64,000 bases of DNA from an uncultured bacterium. Lineage in GTDB: Bacteria > CSSED10-310 > CALFER01. Numbering within the stretch: position 1 is the stretch's first letter; each line of letters begins with the position of its first letter. The stretch lies in NCBI GenBank assembly GCA_937951895.1, contig CALFER010000034.1:137674-201673 (forward strand), written 5' to 3'. This document shows, piece after piece, positions 39,337-47,747 of the stretch. The position numbers and the translations under genes are program-made. Under the pieces are notes generated by a model. It did not search any database. It had not been told where the DNA came from and worked only from the letters and a program-made list of their open reading frames with translations.

Positions 39337-39503
39337 AAAAAACTCCTTTCAAGATCGGATTGAAGGCGCATCCGGTCAGTGGTACATCGCATCCGAGGTC
39401 ATTATCATCAATGCAACGCGCGGGTCAATCGGTACCATGCACCGACAGTATTACTGAGAAAGGCGCCGGGAAGTTCCGGATTTTATTTGTGTGAGCCTGT
39501 CGA

Positions 39504-40001
39504 TCAGGCGGATGCTGTTCCGGACTCGGCGAGCGCGGTTTCCAGCCATTCCAGCGCGGTCTTTTCCGGGATTGAATCTGCCGCGGCAACTTCGGTCATC
39601 AGAAGCTGTTTGGCGTTATCCAGCATTCTGGATTCCTTGATGGCGAGATTCTTTTTACGCTTCAGTGCGACGAGATCCCGGACAACCTCGGCAGTCTGAA
39701 AAATCGACCCGGATTTCAGTTTTTCGAAGTTGTCACTGTAGCGATGATGCCACTGCGAATAGTGGCTTTCGGAAGGCTGGCAGAGAATTTTTCGGACTTT
39801 GGGGAGATCCTCGGGACGGATGATCTTCCGCAGTCCGATTTTCGCTTCGTTCGCTGTCGGGACCATGATGGCGAGATTTTTAGCGACAATGCGAAGGATA
39901 TAGAAATCGGCTTTTTTCCCGCCGATATCCCGAGACTCGATGCCTTGCACTTCCGCCAGGCCCTGCGTAGGGTAGATCAGAAGATCTCCCGCCTTGAACA
40001 T
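39504..40001 (-). CDS. CarD/CdnL family RNA polymerase-binding transcription factor
   Basis: Start at 40001 (MFKAGDLLIYPTQGLAEVQGIE...) with a GGGAGGG RBS. RNAP-interacting Tudor-like N-domain and helical C-domain. Confidence 0.75.
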   Translation of the reverse strand: MFKAGDLLIYPTQGLAEVQGIESRDIGGKKADFYILRIVAKNLAIMVPTANEAKIGLRKIIRPEDLPKVRKILCQPSESHYSQWHHRYSDNFEKLKSGSIFQTAEVVRDLVALKRKKNLAIKESRMLDNAKQLLMTEVAAADSIPEKTALEWLETALAESGTASA

Positions 40002-40233
40002 CTCACCCTCCCGACTCAGTTGCATCCACAACCGATTCATTGAACCTGAAATATGATATACCGAATGAAGCGATATTGCAACCAACCAGGAAATCATCAG
40101 CCCCTCTCCTGCTTCGACACATATGCGGTCAAGCGATTGTTCCATTTCAAATTTGACCGGATCCGCCAAGACGGATACACTGAATTTCAAATCGGATCGC
40201 ATGATCTCTGAAGGTTGGAATTTGACGGAGAGG

Positions 40234-40956
40234 ATGACCGGAGCAATGACAGATCAATTAGCCGAAAAGCAAACTCGAGCCAAACTGCTGGTAGTCGATG
40301 ACGAAGAAGTTGTTCGGATTGCCCTGTCCGATTTTCTCATCAGCGCCGGTTACGAGGTCGACACGGCGGTCAGCGGCGAAGATGCCATGCATCGTCTCCA
40401 GTATGGGCATGACCGGTACGAGATCATCATCACGGATGTCATCATGGGAAACATGGGCGGTCTCGAATTACTCGAAAAAGCCATCGAACTCGACGCCGAC
40501 TCCATCGTCATTCTCATCACCGGCTACGCCATGCTTGAATCAGCCATCCACGCCATACGGAAAGGCGCTTACGATTTCTTACTCAAACCATTCGAAAACT
40601 CCACGCTCCTTCTGACGATACGACGAGGGCTCGAACGACGGAAACTGATCCAGGAGAATCGTGAACTGATCCAGGATCTGACCAGCAAGAATTTCGAATT
40701 GAACCGCGTCATCTTCGAACTCAGACGCGCCCAGTCCCAACTCGATGATTGCGACCGTCGCTTCGAGACTCCCCCGCCACGATCATCCGTGGTGAACGAT
40801 ATGCATGCGTCCATCCGCCAGATTCTCCAGTCCGTCGACGATGCCATGAATCATCTCGTACCGGAACGCGGTCTGTCCGCCGCCGCCAACGCCCTCCAGT
40901 CCATCGCCGTTCAGGCCTTGAAAATCAGAACGCTGATCGAAACCCTGCCCTCCTGA
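40234..40956 (+). CDS. Response regulator: receiver domain plus uncharacterised helical C-terminal domain (no recognisable HTH)
   Basis: Receiver motifs LLVVDDEE, ITDVIMGNMGG, LKPF. The C-terminal roughly 110 aa are coiled-coil-like. GAGAGGA RBS before the ATG at 40234. Confidence 0.7.
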   Translation: MTGAMTDQLAEKQTRAKLLVVDDEEVVRIALSDFLISAGYEVDTAVSGEDAMHRLQYGHDRYEIIITDVIMGNMGGLELLEKAIELDADSIVILITGYAMLESAIHAIRKGAYDFLLKPFENSTLLLTIRRGLERRKLIQENRELIQDLTSKNFELNRVIFELRRAQSQLDDCDRRFETPPPRSSVVNDMHASIRQILQSVDDAMNHLVPERGLSAAANALQSIAVQALKIRTLIETLPS

Positions 40957-40966
40957 CCGGAATCTC

Positions 40967-41908
40967 ATGCACCCTCTCCCTGCCCCGCCAATCGGCTCTC
41001 ATCTGTCCATCGCCGGCAGGATCGGAAACGCCATCACGGAAGCCGAACGTATCGGCTGCGAGTCACTCGCAATCTTCTCCGCATCTCCTCGCATCTGGAG
41101 ACGCTCCGCGATCTCTGCCGAGCATCTCGAACATTGGCATGACCAGAAACGAACAACCGGAATCGGACCGATCGTGATGCATGCTGCCTACCTGGCCAAT
41201 CCGGCATCGACCGACACCCGGATCAGCACTCTGACACGAAACTCGCTGCACGCCGACCTTCTGACCGCTTCTCAACTCGATATCAAGCGCCTCGTGCTGC
41301 ACCCCGGCAGTTCGCCCGAAGACGACCGGCGTTCCGTCATCTGTCGGATCGCGCGGACGCTCGATGACGTTTTCGGTTCTGCAGGAGACAACCGGGTTGA
41401 AATCGCACTGGAAACCACCGCAGGATCGCGGAACAGCATCGGAGGCCGATTTGAGGACATCCGCGATATCCTGGACATCAGCCGACACCCGGAACGGGTC
41501 TCCGTCTGCTTCGATACCGCCCACGTATTCGCCGCCGGCTATAATCTCACATCCGAAGCCGGCCTGTGCGAAACCCTCGCTCAATTCGATCGCCTCATCG
41601 GTTTGGAGCGGATCCATGTCGTTCACCTCAATGACAGCAAATCGGCTCATGGTTCGAAAGCCGATCGCCACGAGCATATCGGGATGGGTCGAATTCCTCT
41701 CACGGTGTTCCGGACCATTCTGTCGATCGATGCATTCCGGAATGTCCCGATGATTCTCGAGACACCGAAGGATCCCGAGGGAGCATGGGATCGCAGAAAC
41801 CTCGACATTCTCCGACACCTGCGCCACGGACGACCGGTTCCCGCAGCACTTCTCGAGTTATCGCCTGCTAATGGCGGATACACCCAGGAGCAGGCCGAAA
41901 ACGATTGA
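40967..41908 (+). CDS. nfo: Endonuclease IV (AP endonuclease family 2)
   Basis: 313 aa. Xylose-isomerase-like TIM barrel with metal-ligand motifs (VMHAAYLANPAS, LVLHPGS, HLNDSK), and a 30-aa C-terminal extension that overlaps the 3' end of rodA. Confidence 0.85.
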   Translation: MHPLPAPPIGSHLSIAGRIGNAITEAERIGCESLAIFSASPRIWRRSAISAEHLEHWHDQKRTTGIGPIVMHAAYLANPASTDTRISTLTRNSLHADLLTASQLDIKRLVLHPGSSPEDDRRSVICRIARTLDDVFGSAGDNRVEIALETTAGSRNSIGGRFEDIRDILDISRHPERVSVCFDTAHVFAAGYNLTSEAGLCETLAQFDRLIGLERIHVVHLNDSKSAHGSKADRHEHIGMGRIPLTVFRTILSIDAFRNVPMILETPKDPEGAWDRRNLDILRHLRHGRPVPAALLELSPANGGYTQEQAEND

Positions 41909-43162
41909 AAAACTGAGTGCGGCGGACCCCCCCTGACTGATGAACGGGAGCGGCACTCCGGTCATCGGAATGAGCTTGATCACGCCGCCGATGTTCAGAA
42001 GTGTCTGGATCCAGATCAACGCCCCGCACCCGATCGCGATCAGAGCGGCAAAGGGCTCGCGCTGACCCGCCGCGATGCGACAGGACCGGGCGGCGAGATA
42101 CATGAAGATACCGATCAGCGCCGCGGAACCCGGCAACCCGATTTCTTCCGCCACGGATGCATAGACGAAGTCGGTCCGGACCAGCGGAATCACATTCGGA
42201 ACCCCTCCTCCAAAACCCCTCCCCAGAAACTCGCCGTTGAAGACCGCAAACAGCGCATGCATGATCTGATATCCGCTCCCATCCGGGTGTTCGAACGGAG
42301 TGAGCCAGGCATCGAGGCGAACCCGGACGCGCGACACGAAATGGACGGCGGACCAGCCCGCGAGAATCATGCCGGAGACACCCGTCAGAAGATAACGGAC
42401 GCGACCGGTCACCGCAGTCATCATGATCAGCAGAATCAGGAACTGGATGACGATCATCCCGAGATCCCGCTGGGCCAGAAAAAGCAACTGGGGAATCGAC
42501 CAGATCACCAGCACGGTCAGATGCGCCCGGATCGATTCGAATCCGAAGAATCCTTTTTTTGAATTCAAATGCTTGCCGTGCGTCGTCAGAAGCGCTGCGA
42601 GACCGATCACGACAAGCGGCTTGACGAATTCCGTCGGGGTCGTCATACCCGGCCCGAAGGTCGCTCCCCGAAAGGCATTTCCTCCGATCAGAACCACCAG
42701 CGGCAGCCCATACACAACTGCCCAACTCACCCGGGATAACGATCGCATCCATGTCAGGCCCATCCACTGAAGCGCCAGGGCGATCAGTGCCGTTATCAGC
42801 GGAGCGGCGATCCAGATTACGGTCATGAGACCGGACTGCCATTCGATGCCTGACAATCCGAGACGGTACTGGAACGCCAGTCCGAATCCCCCGAGAAAGG
42901 TCATGGCCGGGAGGACGGTTTGATCGGCATGAGTCTTCAGAATTGAGAGGAGGAGATGTGCAGCGAGACAGGTGGAGAGGAACAGGGCGGGAACGAGATA
43001 GTCGCGGACATCGAGAGATCTCTGTTTCAGGACATACACGTGACTCAGAAGAAACGCCCAGATGACGCAAACTCCGGCTGACAGCAGCAGCTTCAATTCA
43101 TCCAGTCGCCAACGCCCGATCGTCTTCCCGCGCCGGCTTCGGGCAGGTTTACCGTCCGTCAT
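41858..43162 (-). CDS. mrdB: SEDS-family peptidoglycan glycosyltransferase RodA (paired with PBP2)
   Basis: 434 aa. 10 TM helices. Conserved C-terminal motifs PLVRTDFVYASVAEE and LPFISQGGSA. Immediately downstream of PBP2. Confidence 0.8.
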   Translation of the reverse strand: MTDGKPARSRRGKTIGRWRLDELKLLLSAGVCVIWAFLLSHVYVLKQRSLDVRDYLVPALFLSTCLAAHLLLSILKTHADQTVLPAMTFLGGFGLAFQYRLGLSGIEWQSGLMTVIWIAAPLITALIALALQWMGLTWMRSLSRVSWAVVYGLPLVVLIGGNAFRGATFGPGMTTPTEFVKPLVVIGLAALLTTHGKHLNSKKGFFGFESIRAHLTVLVIWSIPQLLFLAQRDLGMIVIQFLILLIMMTAVTGRVRYLLTGVSGMILAGWSAVHFVSRVRVRLDAWLTPFEHPDGSGYQIMHALFAVFNGEFLGRGFGGGVPNVIPLVRTDFVYASVAEEIGLPGSAALIGIFMYLAARSCRIAAGQREPFAALIAIGCGALIWIQTLLNIGGVIKLIPMTGVPLPFISQGGSAALSFSIVFGLLLGVSAISRR

Positions 43163-44750
43163 GGAATCGCTCCCGTGTCAGCACTCCGAGATCTCTGGCG
43201 GCTCGTACGAGCGCTCCGGCGATCGGCGCGGCAACCCGTCCACCCTGCCCACCCTGTTCCAGTACGATGGCGAAGGCGATGGTCGGTTGCGGCCACGGAG
43301 CAAATCCGATGAACAGAGCATGACTCTGGCCCGTGGCGTTCTCAGCCGTCCCGGTCTTCCCGCCGACCACTACCCCATCGACCGCTGCCGCTCGACCCGT
43401 GCCGCTTTCGACCACCCGCACCATCAACTGCGCAACCTTCTCGGCCACGTTCGAATCGGTCAGATATCGGTACGGTATCGGTTTTTCCTCGAGCAGGTAA
43501 CGCGGCTGAAACATCGTTCCACCCGACGCGACGGCGGCTGCGAGCATTGCGAGATGCATGGGAGTGACGAGCACGGCATCCTGGCCGATCGCAACACGAA
43601 CGGTCCTCGCAATATGCAGATCATCACGGTTCGGCAAGCGTCCCGACATCGATGACGGACCACGATTGACCGGAACGATCGGGCGATCGAATCCGGCCCG
43701 GCGTGCGGCATCCATGAGATTCCTGCTGCCGAGTCGTTCTGCGAGATTCGCGAAATAGACATTGCATGATTTTTCGAATGCCGTCTCCAGGCCGATCCGC
43801 CCGTGTCCGCCAAACTGACCGCCTCTCGAGTCATGTTCGAAATCGTGCAGGACCGGATCCGCGGGACCGCAGTAGAACCCCTCATGTGAACAGGTGAATT
43901 CCGGTGCGATACCGTGCTCGAACGCAAGCATCACATCGAGCACCTTGAACGTGGAGCCGGGCGGATACAATCCCTGAAGCGCCCGGTTCAGAAACGGGCT
44001 GTCGGCGTCTTCCCGCAAGCGCCGAACGCGATCCGGTGTCATTCCCTGCGGATCGAAGGACGGACAGGACACCATGGCCAGAACGGATCCGTCTCGCGGA
44101 TCGATCACGACAATCGCGCCCGGTTTCCCCCCCAGCAGATCCGCGGTTGCGGCCTGGAACTCCTCCGCGAGCGTCAAATGCACGGGATGCCCGTGAAGCG
44201 TCCGGTGAACGAACAGGCTCCCGAGCAACCGTACGGCATCCCGCCAGCCGCTCATCCGCCGGGCCATCAGGATGTCATCGAGTTCGCGTTCAAGTCCCGT
44301 CGCGCCGTAAACTGCATCATGATACCCGATCAGATGCACCGCGCGGCCGCCCAGCGCATACGAGCGGCTCAACCCCTGCTGCATGCGCACGTCCTGCGCG
44401 AGCGGTTTCCCATGCACATCCAGGATCTCGCCCCGGTGAAATCGGTTCCCGACCAGATCCCCGCGAGGATCGAATCCGCGTTGCGCTGCGAGAAAATCCG
44501 GGTCCATGAATCCAGCCAACTGCCAGCGCGCCTGATAGGCCAGAATCAGCAGGAACAGGATGAGGGGGATCCGTCCGAGCCGCCTGATGAGGGGCGATTT
44601 GATGGGCTGAGTCGGTGCCGCGTTCGCGACCAGCCGCCATGTGAAGTGAAGAATCAGAACAAGAAGAAACAGGCTGCCGATCCAATGAAGCGCGCTGGCG
44701 GGGTCGAGCAGTACGCTGCGATCCACGGTGCGCTCCGGTTCCGGGATCAA
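43149..44750 (-). CDS. mrdA: Penicillin-binding protein 2 (class B transpeptidase)
   Basis: 533 aa. N-terminal TM, dimerisation domain, transpeptidase motifs STFKV, SHE-like and KTGTAE. Confidence 0.85.
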   Translation of the reverse strand: MIPEPERTVDRSVLLDPASALHWIGSLFLLVLILHFTWRLVANAAPTQPIKSPLIRRLGRIPLILFLLILAYQARWQLAGFMDPDFLAAQRGFDPRGDLVGNRFHRGEILDVHGKPLAQDVRMQQGLSRSYALGGRAVHLIGYHDAVYGATGLERELDDILMARRMSGWRDAVRLLGSLFVHRTLHGHPVHLTLAEEFQAATADLLGGKPGAIVVIDPRDGSVLAMVSCPSFDPQGMTPDRVRRLREDADSPFLNRALQGLYPPGSTFKVLDVMLAFEHGIAPEFTCSHEGFYCGPADPVLHDFEHDSRGGQFGGHGRIGLETAFEKSCNVYFANLAERLGSRNLMDAARRAGFDRPIVPVNRGPSSMSGRLPNRDDLHIARTVRVAIGQDAVLVTPMHLAMLAAAVASGGTMFQPRYLLEEKPIPYRYLTDSNVAEKVAQLMVRVVESGTGRAAAVDGVVVGGKTGTAENATGQSHALFIGFAPWPQPTIAFAIVLEQGGQGGRVAAPIAGALVRAARDLGVLTRERFHDGR

Positions 44751-45727
44751 CCCTGAGCCGGTTGCGATTGATCGTCGTATACGCCGATATTGCGATACTT
44801 GTCATACCGGCGCTGCATCAGTTCTTCGGTCGACCAGCCGAGCATTTCACGGAGATGACGCCGGATCGCACGTCGGAGCATTCCGGCGGCCCGGGACGGG
44901 TTCCGATGCGCGCCTCCCGTGGGCTCCCGGACGATCTCATCGACCATCTTGTGCGCCAACAGACTCGGGGGCGTCAACTGCAGGGCGCGAGAAGCCTCGG
45001 GGGCTTTCGCGTTGTCCCTCCAGAGAATCGCGGCGCAGCCTTCGGGTGAAATGAGCGAATACATGGCGAACTGCTGAATCAGCACCCGATCGCCCACGCC
45101 GACTCCCAGCGCGCCACCACTGCCGCCTTCTCCGATGACCGAGACGATGATCGGAGTTCTCAGCATCGACATCTCGCGGACATTCCGCGCAATCGCCTCA
45201 GCCTGCCCGCGCTCCTCAGCGCCCACCCCGGGATACGCACCCGGAGTATCGATGAAGACCAGCACCGGCATCCGGAACCGCTCGGCAATCTCCATGATCC
45301 TGAGCGCTTTTCGATACCCTTCAGGATGCATCATCCCGAAATTGCGCTTGACCTTTTCCTGGATGTCACTGCCCTTCTGCTGCCCCACGACAACGACCGG
45401 CACACCGTCGAGCCGTGCCATGCCGGTCACCACCGCGAGATCATCGCGGAAGAGACGATCACCGTGCAGTTCCACGAAATCCGTCGTGATCATCCGGATG
45501 TAATCCAGAGCGTGCGGGCGATGCGGATGACGCGAAACCTGAACAATCTCCCAGGAGTCCAGACGCTCGAAGATTCGATGCGTGATCTGTGACAATCGGC
45601 GTTCGAGTTGCCGGATTTCCATTTTCAGACCACCATTGCCCCGCGAATCGATTTCACGCAACTTGCGAATCTGAGCCTCAAGCTCAATTATCGGTTTTTC
45701 AAATTCCAATCCATCCGATCCAGCCAT
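44747..45727 (-). CDS. accA: Acetyl-CoA carboxylase carboxyltransferase alpha subunit
   Basis: Start at 45727 (MAGSDGLEFEKPIIELEAQI...) with a GGAGG RBS. Crotonase-fold CT-alpha motifs. ATGA-coupled to mrdA. Confidence 0.85.
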   Translation of the reverse strand: MAGSDGLEFEKPIIELEAQIRKLREIDSRGNGGLKMEIRQLERRLSQITHRIFERLDSWEIVQVSRHPHRPHALDYIRMITTDFVELHGDRLFRDDLAVVTGMARLDGVPVVVVGQQKGSDIQEKVKRNFGMMHPEGYRKALRIMEIAERFRMPVLVFIDTPGAYPGVGAEERGQAEAIARNVREMSMLRTPIIVSVIGEGGSGGALGVGVGDRVLIQQFAMYSLISPEGCAAILWRDNAKAPEASRALQLTPPSLLAHKMVDEIVREPTGGAHRNPSRAAGMLRRAIRRHLREMLGWSTEELMQRRYDKYRNIGVYDDQSQPAQG

Positions 45728-45825
45728 TCCGTCGCCTCCATTCCCGCGTCCCAGGTTGGGCGAACTATACATGAACGGTATCCGTCGATGCAATGGAGGA
45801 TCGAATCGTCCTGCGGTACCAATCC

Positions 45826-47645
45826 TCAGGCTGATGCCTCAACCCGGATGGGAACCCGACAGACCGGATTGCCGAACGATTCAAACCAAGCCACCTGTTC
45901 ACGAACCAGATCGAAAACAACAACATAATCACCCGGACGCTCCGGCAACATGATCTTCACCGCGATCCGCACGGACTCTCCGGGATAAAACTGCGGAGGT
46001 AACCGGTATCGCTCTCCATCATAACAGACCGGCTCTCCGGCATCGGTCAGAATATGGTAGGATAACGCGTAGAATGTCGGATCGGCTGAATCCGGAGGTG
46101 GAGACAGCCATGGAACGGATCCCGAATTCGTGATCTGGATCTCGAAAGAGACGCATCGACCGGATTGCTGTTCAGCCTCCATCTTACCGGGCACCATCTC
46201 GGCACGCACACAACGTTTCAATTCTTCAACATATGAGCAGCATGCGCCGATGCACAGGGCGTAGGACCCGTCAAGAATCGTCCGGCGAAGAAGTTGACTC
46301 GTCGGCGAGTTCCATACCTCAACGGCCGATTGGGTGGTAAGATTTCCAATCGAAATCGATGAAAACCGGAAAATTCTGCAATCTCCGTTCACCTTGACGG
46401 ACAGGTACATCCAGGGATATCGACATTGCTCGATATCCTGCGGAACGGCATCCAGTTGCACTTCCTCAAGAACCTCGATCGTAATCCTTCTATTGATACC
46501 AAACCAACGATGACCTTCGTTGACCAGATCGAATTCGATCGTGTATCGTCCCGGATTTTCCGAAACAGCAACCAGACACTCCATCCGCACTGATTCACCG
46601 GATCGGATGGGATGAGGCAGCTGTGATCGGATTCCATCGAAACGAATCAGTTCGTTGCGTTCATCATACAGATGATATGCCAGCGACACCGCGCTCGATG
46701 ACGTCGCGCTCCGGGCGGGAAGCCATGTAAACGGAGAATGATTGGTGATCTCGATTGTGAACCGGCACGGACTGTCTATGCAGTATCGTGCCGGTGAAGA
46801 TTGAACGGCAATGGCTCCCATATAGAATCGGTCATCCGGAACCTCCGCAGATTCAACCGGTACGACAAAATCCGGGATGTTCTTCCGAACGTCGATTCCC
46901 AGTCGACCCGCGAGCGCAACGGCATCACTCAGTGTTCGCCGGACTTCATCCGACTTCAGATCGATGGACTGCGAAGCGGTTTCCTGACTGATGCTATAAA
47001 GATTTGAGATCGCCAACGTTGTCGCGCCGAACCGATGGGCAATGGCCACCAACTCCCCGATCTGATCTACATTATCCCGCAATGCGACCGTCGCGATGGT
47101 CAGCATGGGAGTTACTGAACGGGCCTTCGTCTTCATGGTTGCCAGACAACCGAGATTTTCCATCAGTTGATCGAAATTCGCTCCCCGTCGAATCGATTCA
47201 TACGTCTCGGGTGTTGCGCCGTCGATGCTCACAGCGAGTTCACTTAAACCCGACCGGATGATTCGCCGGATGATATGCTTCTCAAGCGCTTTGCCGTTCG
47301 TGAAGATTTTGGATCGAGGGGGGTTCACCTTTTTGATCTGTTTCAGGACAAATCGAATATGGGGATACATGAGCGGTTCACCCTGATCGGCATACTGAAC
47401 CGATGCAGCCCATGGGAGCAGCTCTTTCGAAGCTTTCTTGAGAATTTTCAGGTCCATGTCGCGACCAGCCAGAGCGTAGGTCCGAATCATGCAGAAAAGA
47501 CACAGCCATTACAGCGCGTGGTAATCTCAAAACGGAGATAGGGCGGTTTCGAATTTAACTCGACCCTGCCGTCACACCGTTCCCGATAGGCCTGCATGTA
47601 GTTTTTAAATGCCCGCGAATGCTGTCTACCAAGAAAGAAATCCAT
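45826..47645 (-). CDS. Radical SAM / SPASM-domain protein with two duplicated ~100-aa domains; reading frame interrupted by an apparent 1-nt deletion inside the CX3CX2C motif (authentic pseudogene or sequencing error)
   Basis: The N-terminal fragment (47487..47645/47681) ends ...YLRFEITTRCNGCVFSA*. The +2 frame continues LCLFCMIRTY..., which would restore the canonical CNGLCLFC, and the downstream ORF carries the GEPLMYPH SAM-binding motif. SPASM signature CRYPWMYLSVKVNGDCRIF...CIGACC. Confidence 0.7.
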
Positions 47646-47747
47646 GCTCACCCCCCGATCCGGAATCGATCTCAATCCCACGCGTCCCGTTCCGGCCTGC
47701 TGGGACCCAAGCGCTTCGCTCGATTCCCGGATCGCGTGACCGGATCT

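Noticed and set aside
39440-39500. Possible bidirectional terminator (ccgg-gaagtt-ccgg followed by attttatttgtg) between the SurA-like gene and carD
   Set aside because: Only a 4-bp stem; too weak to call.
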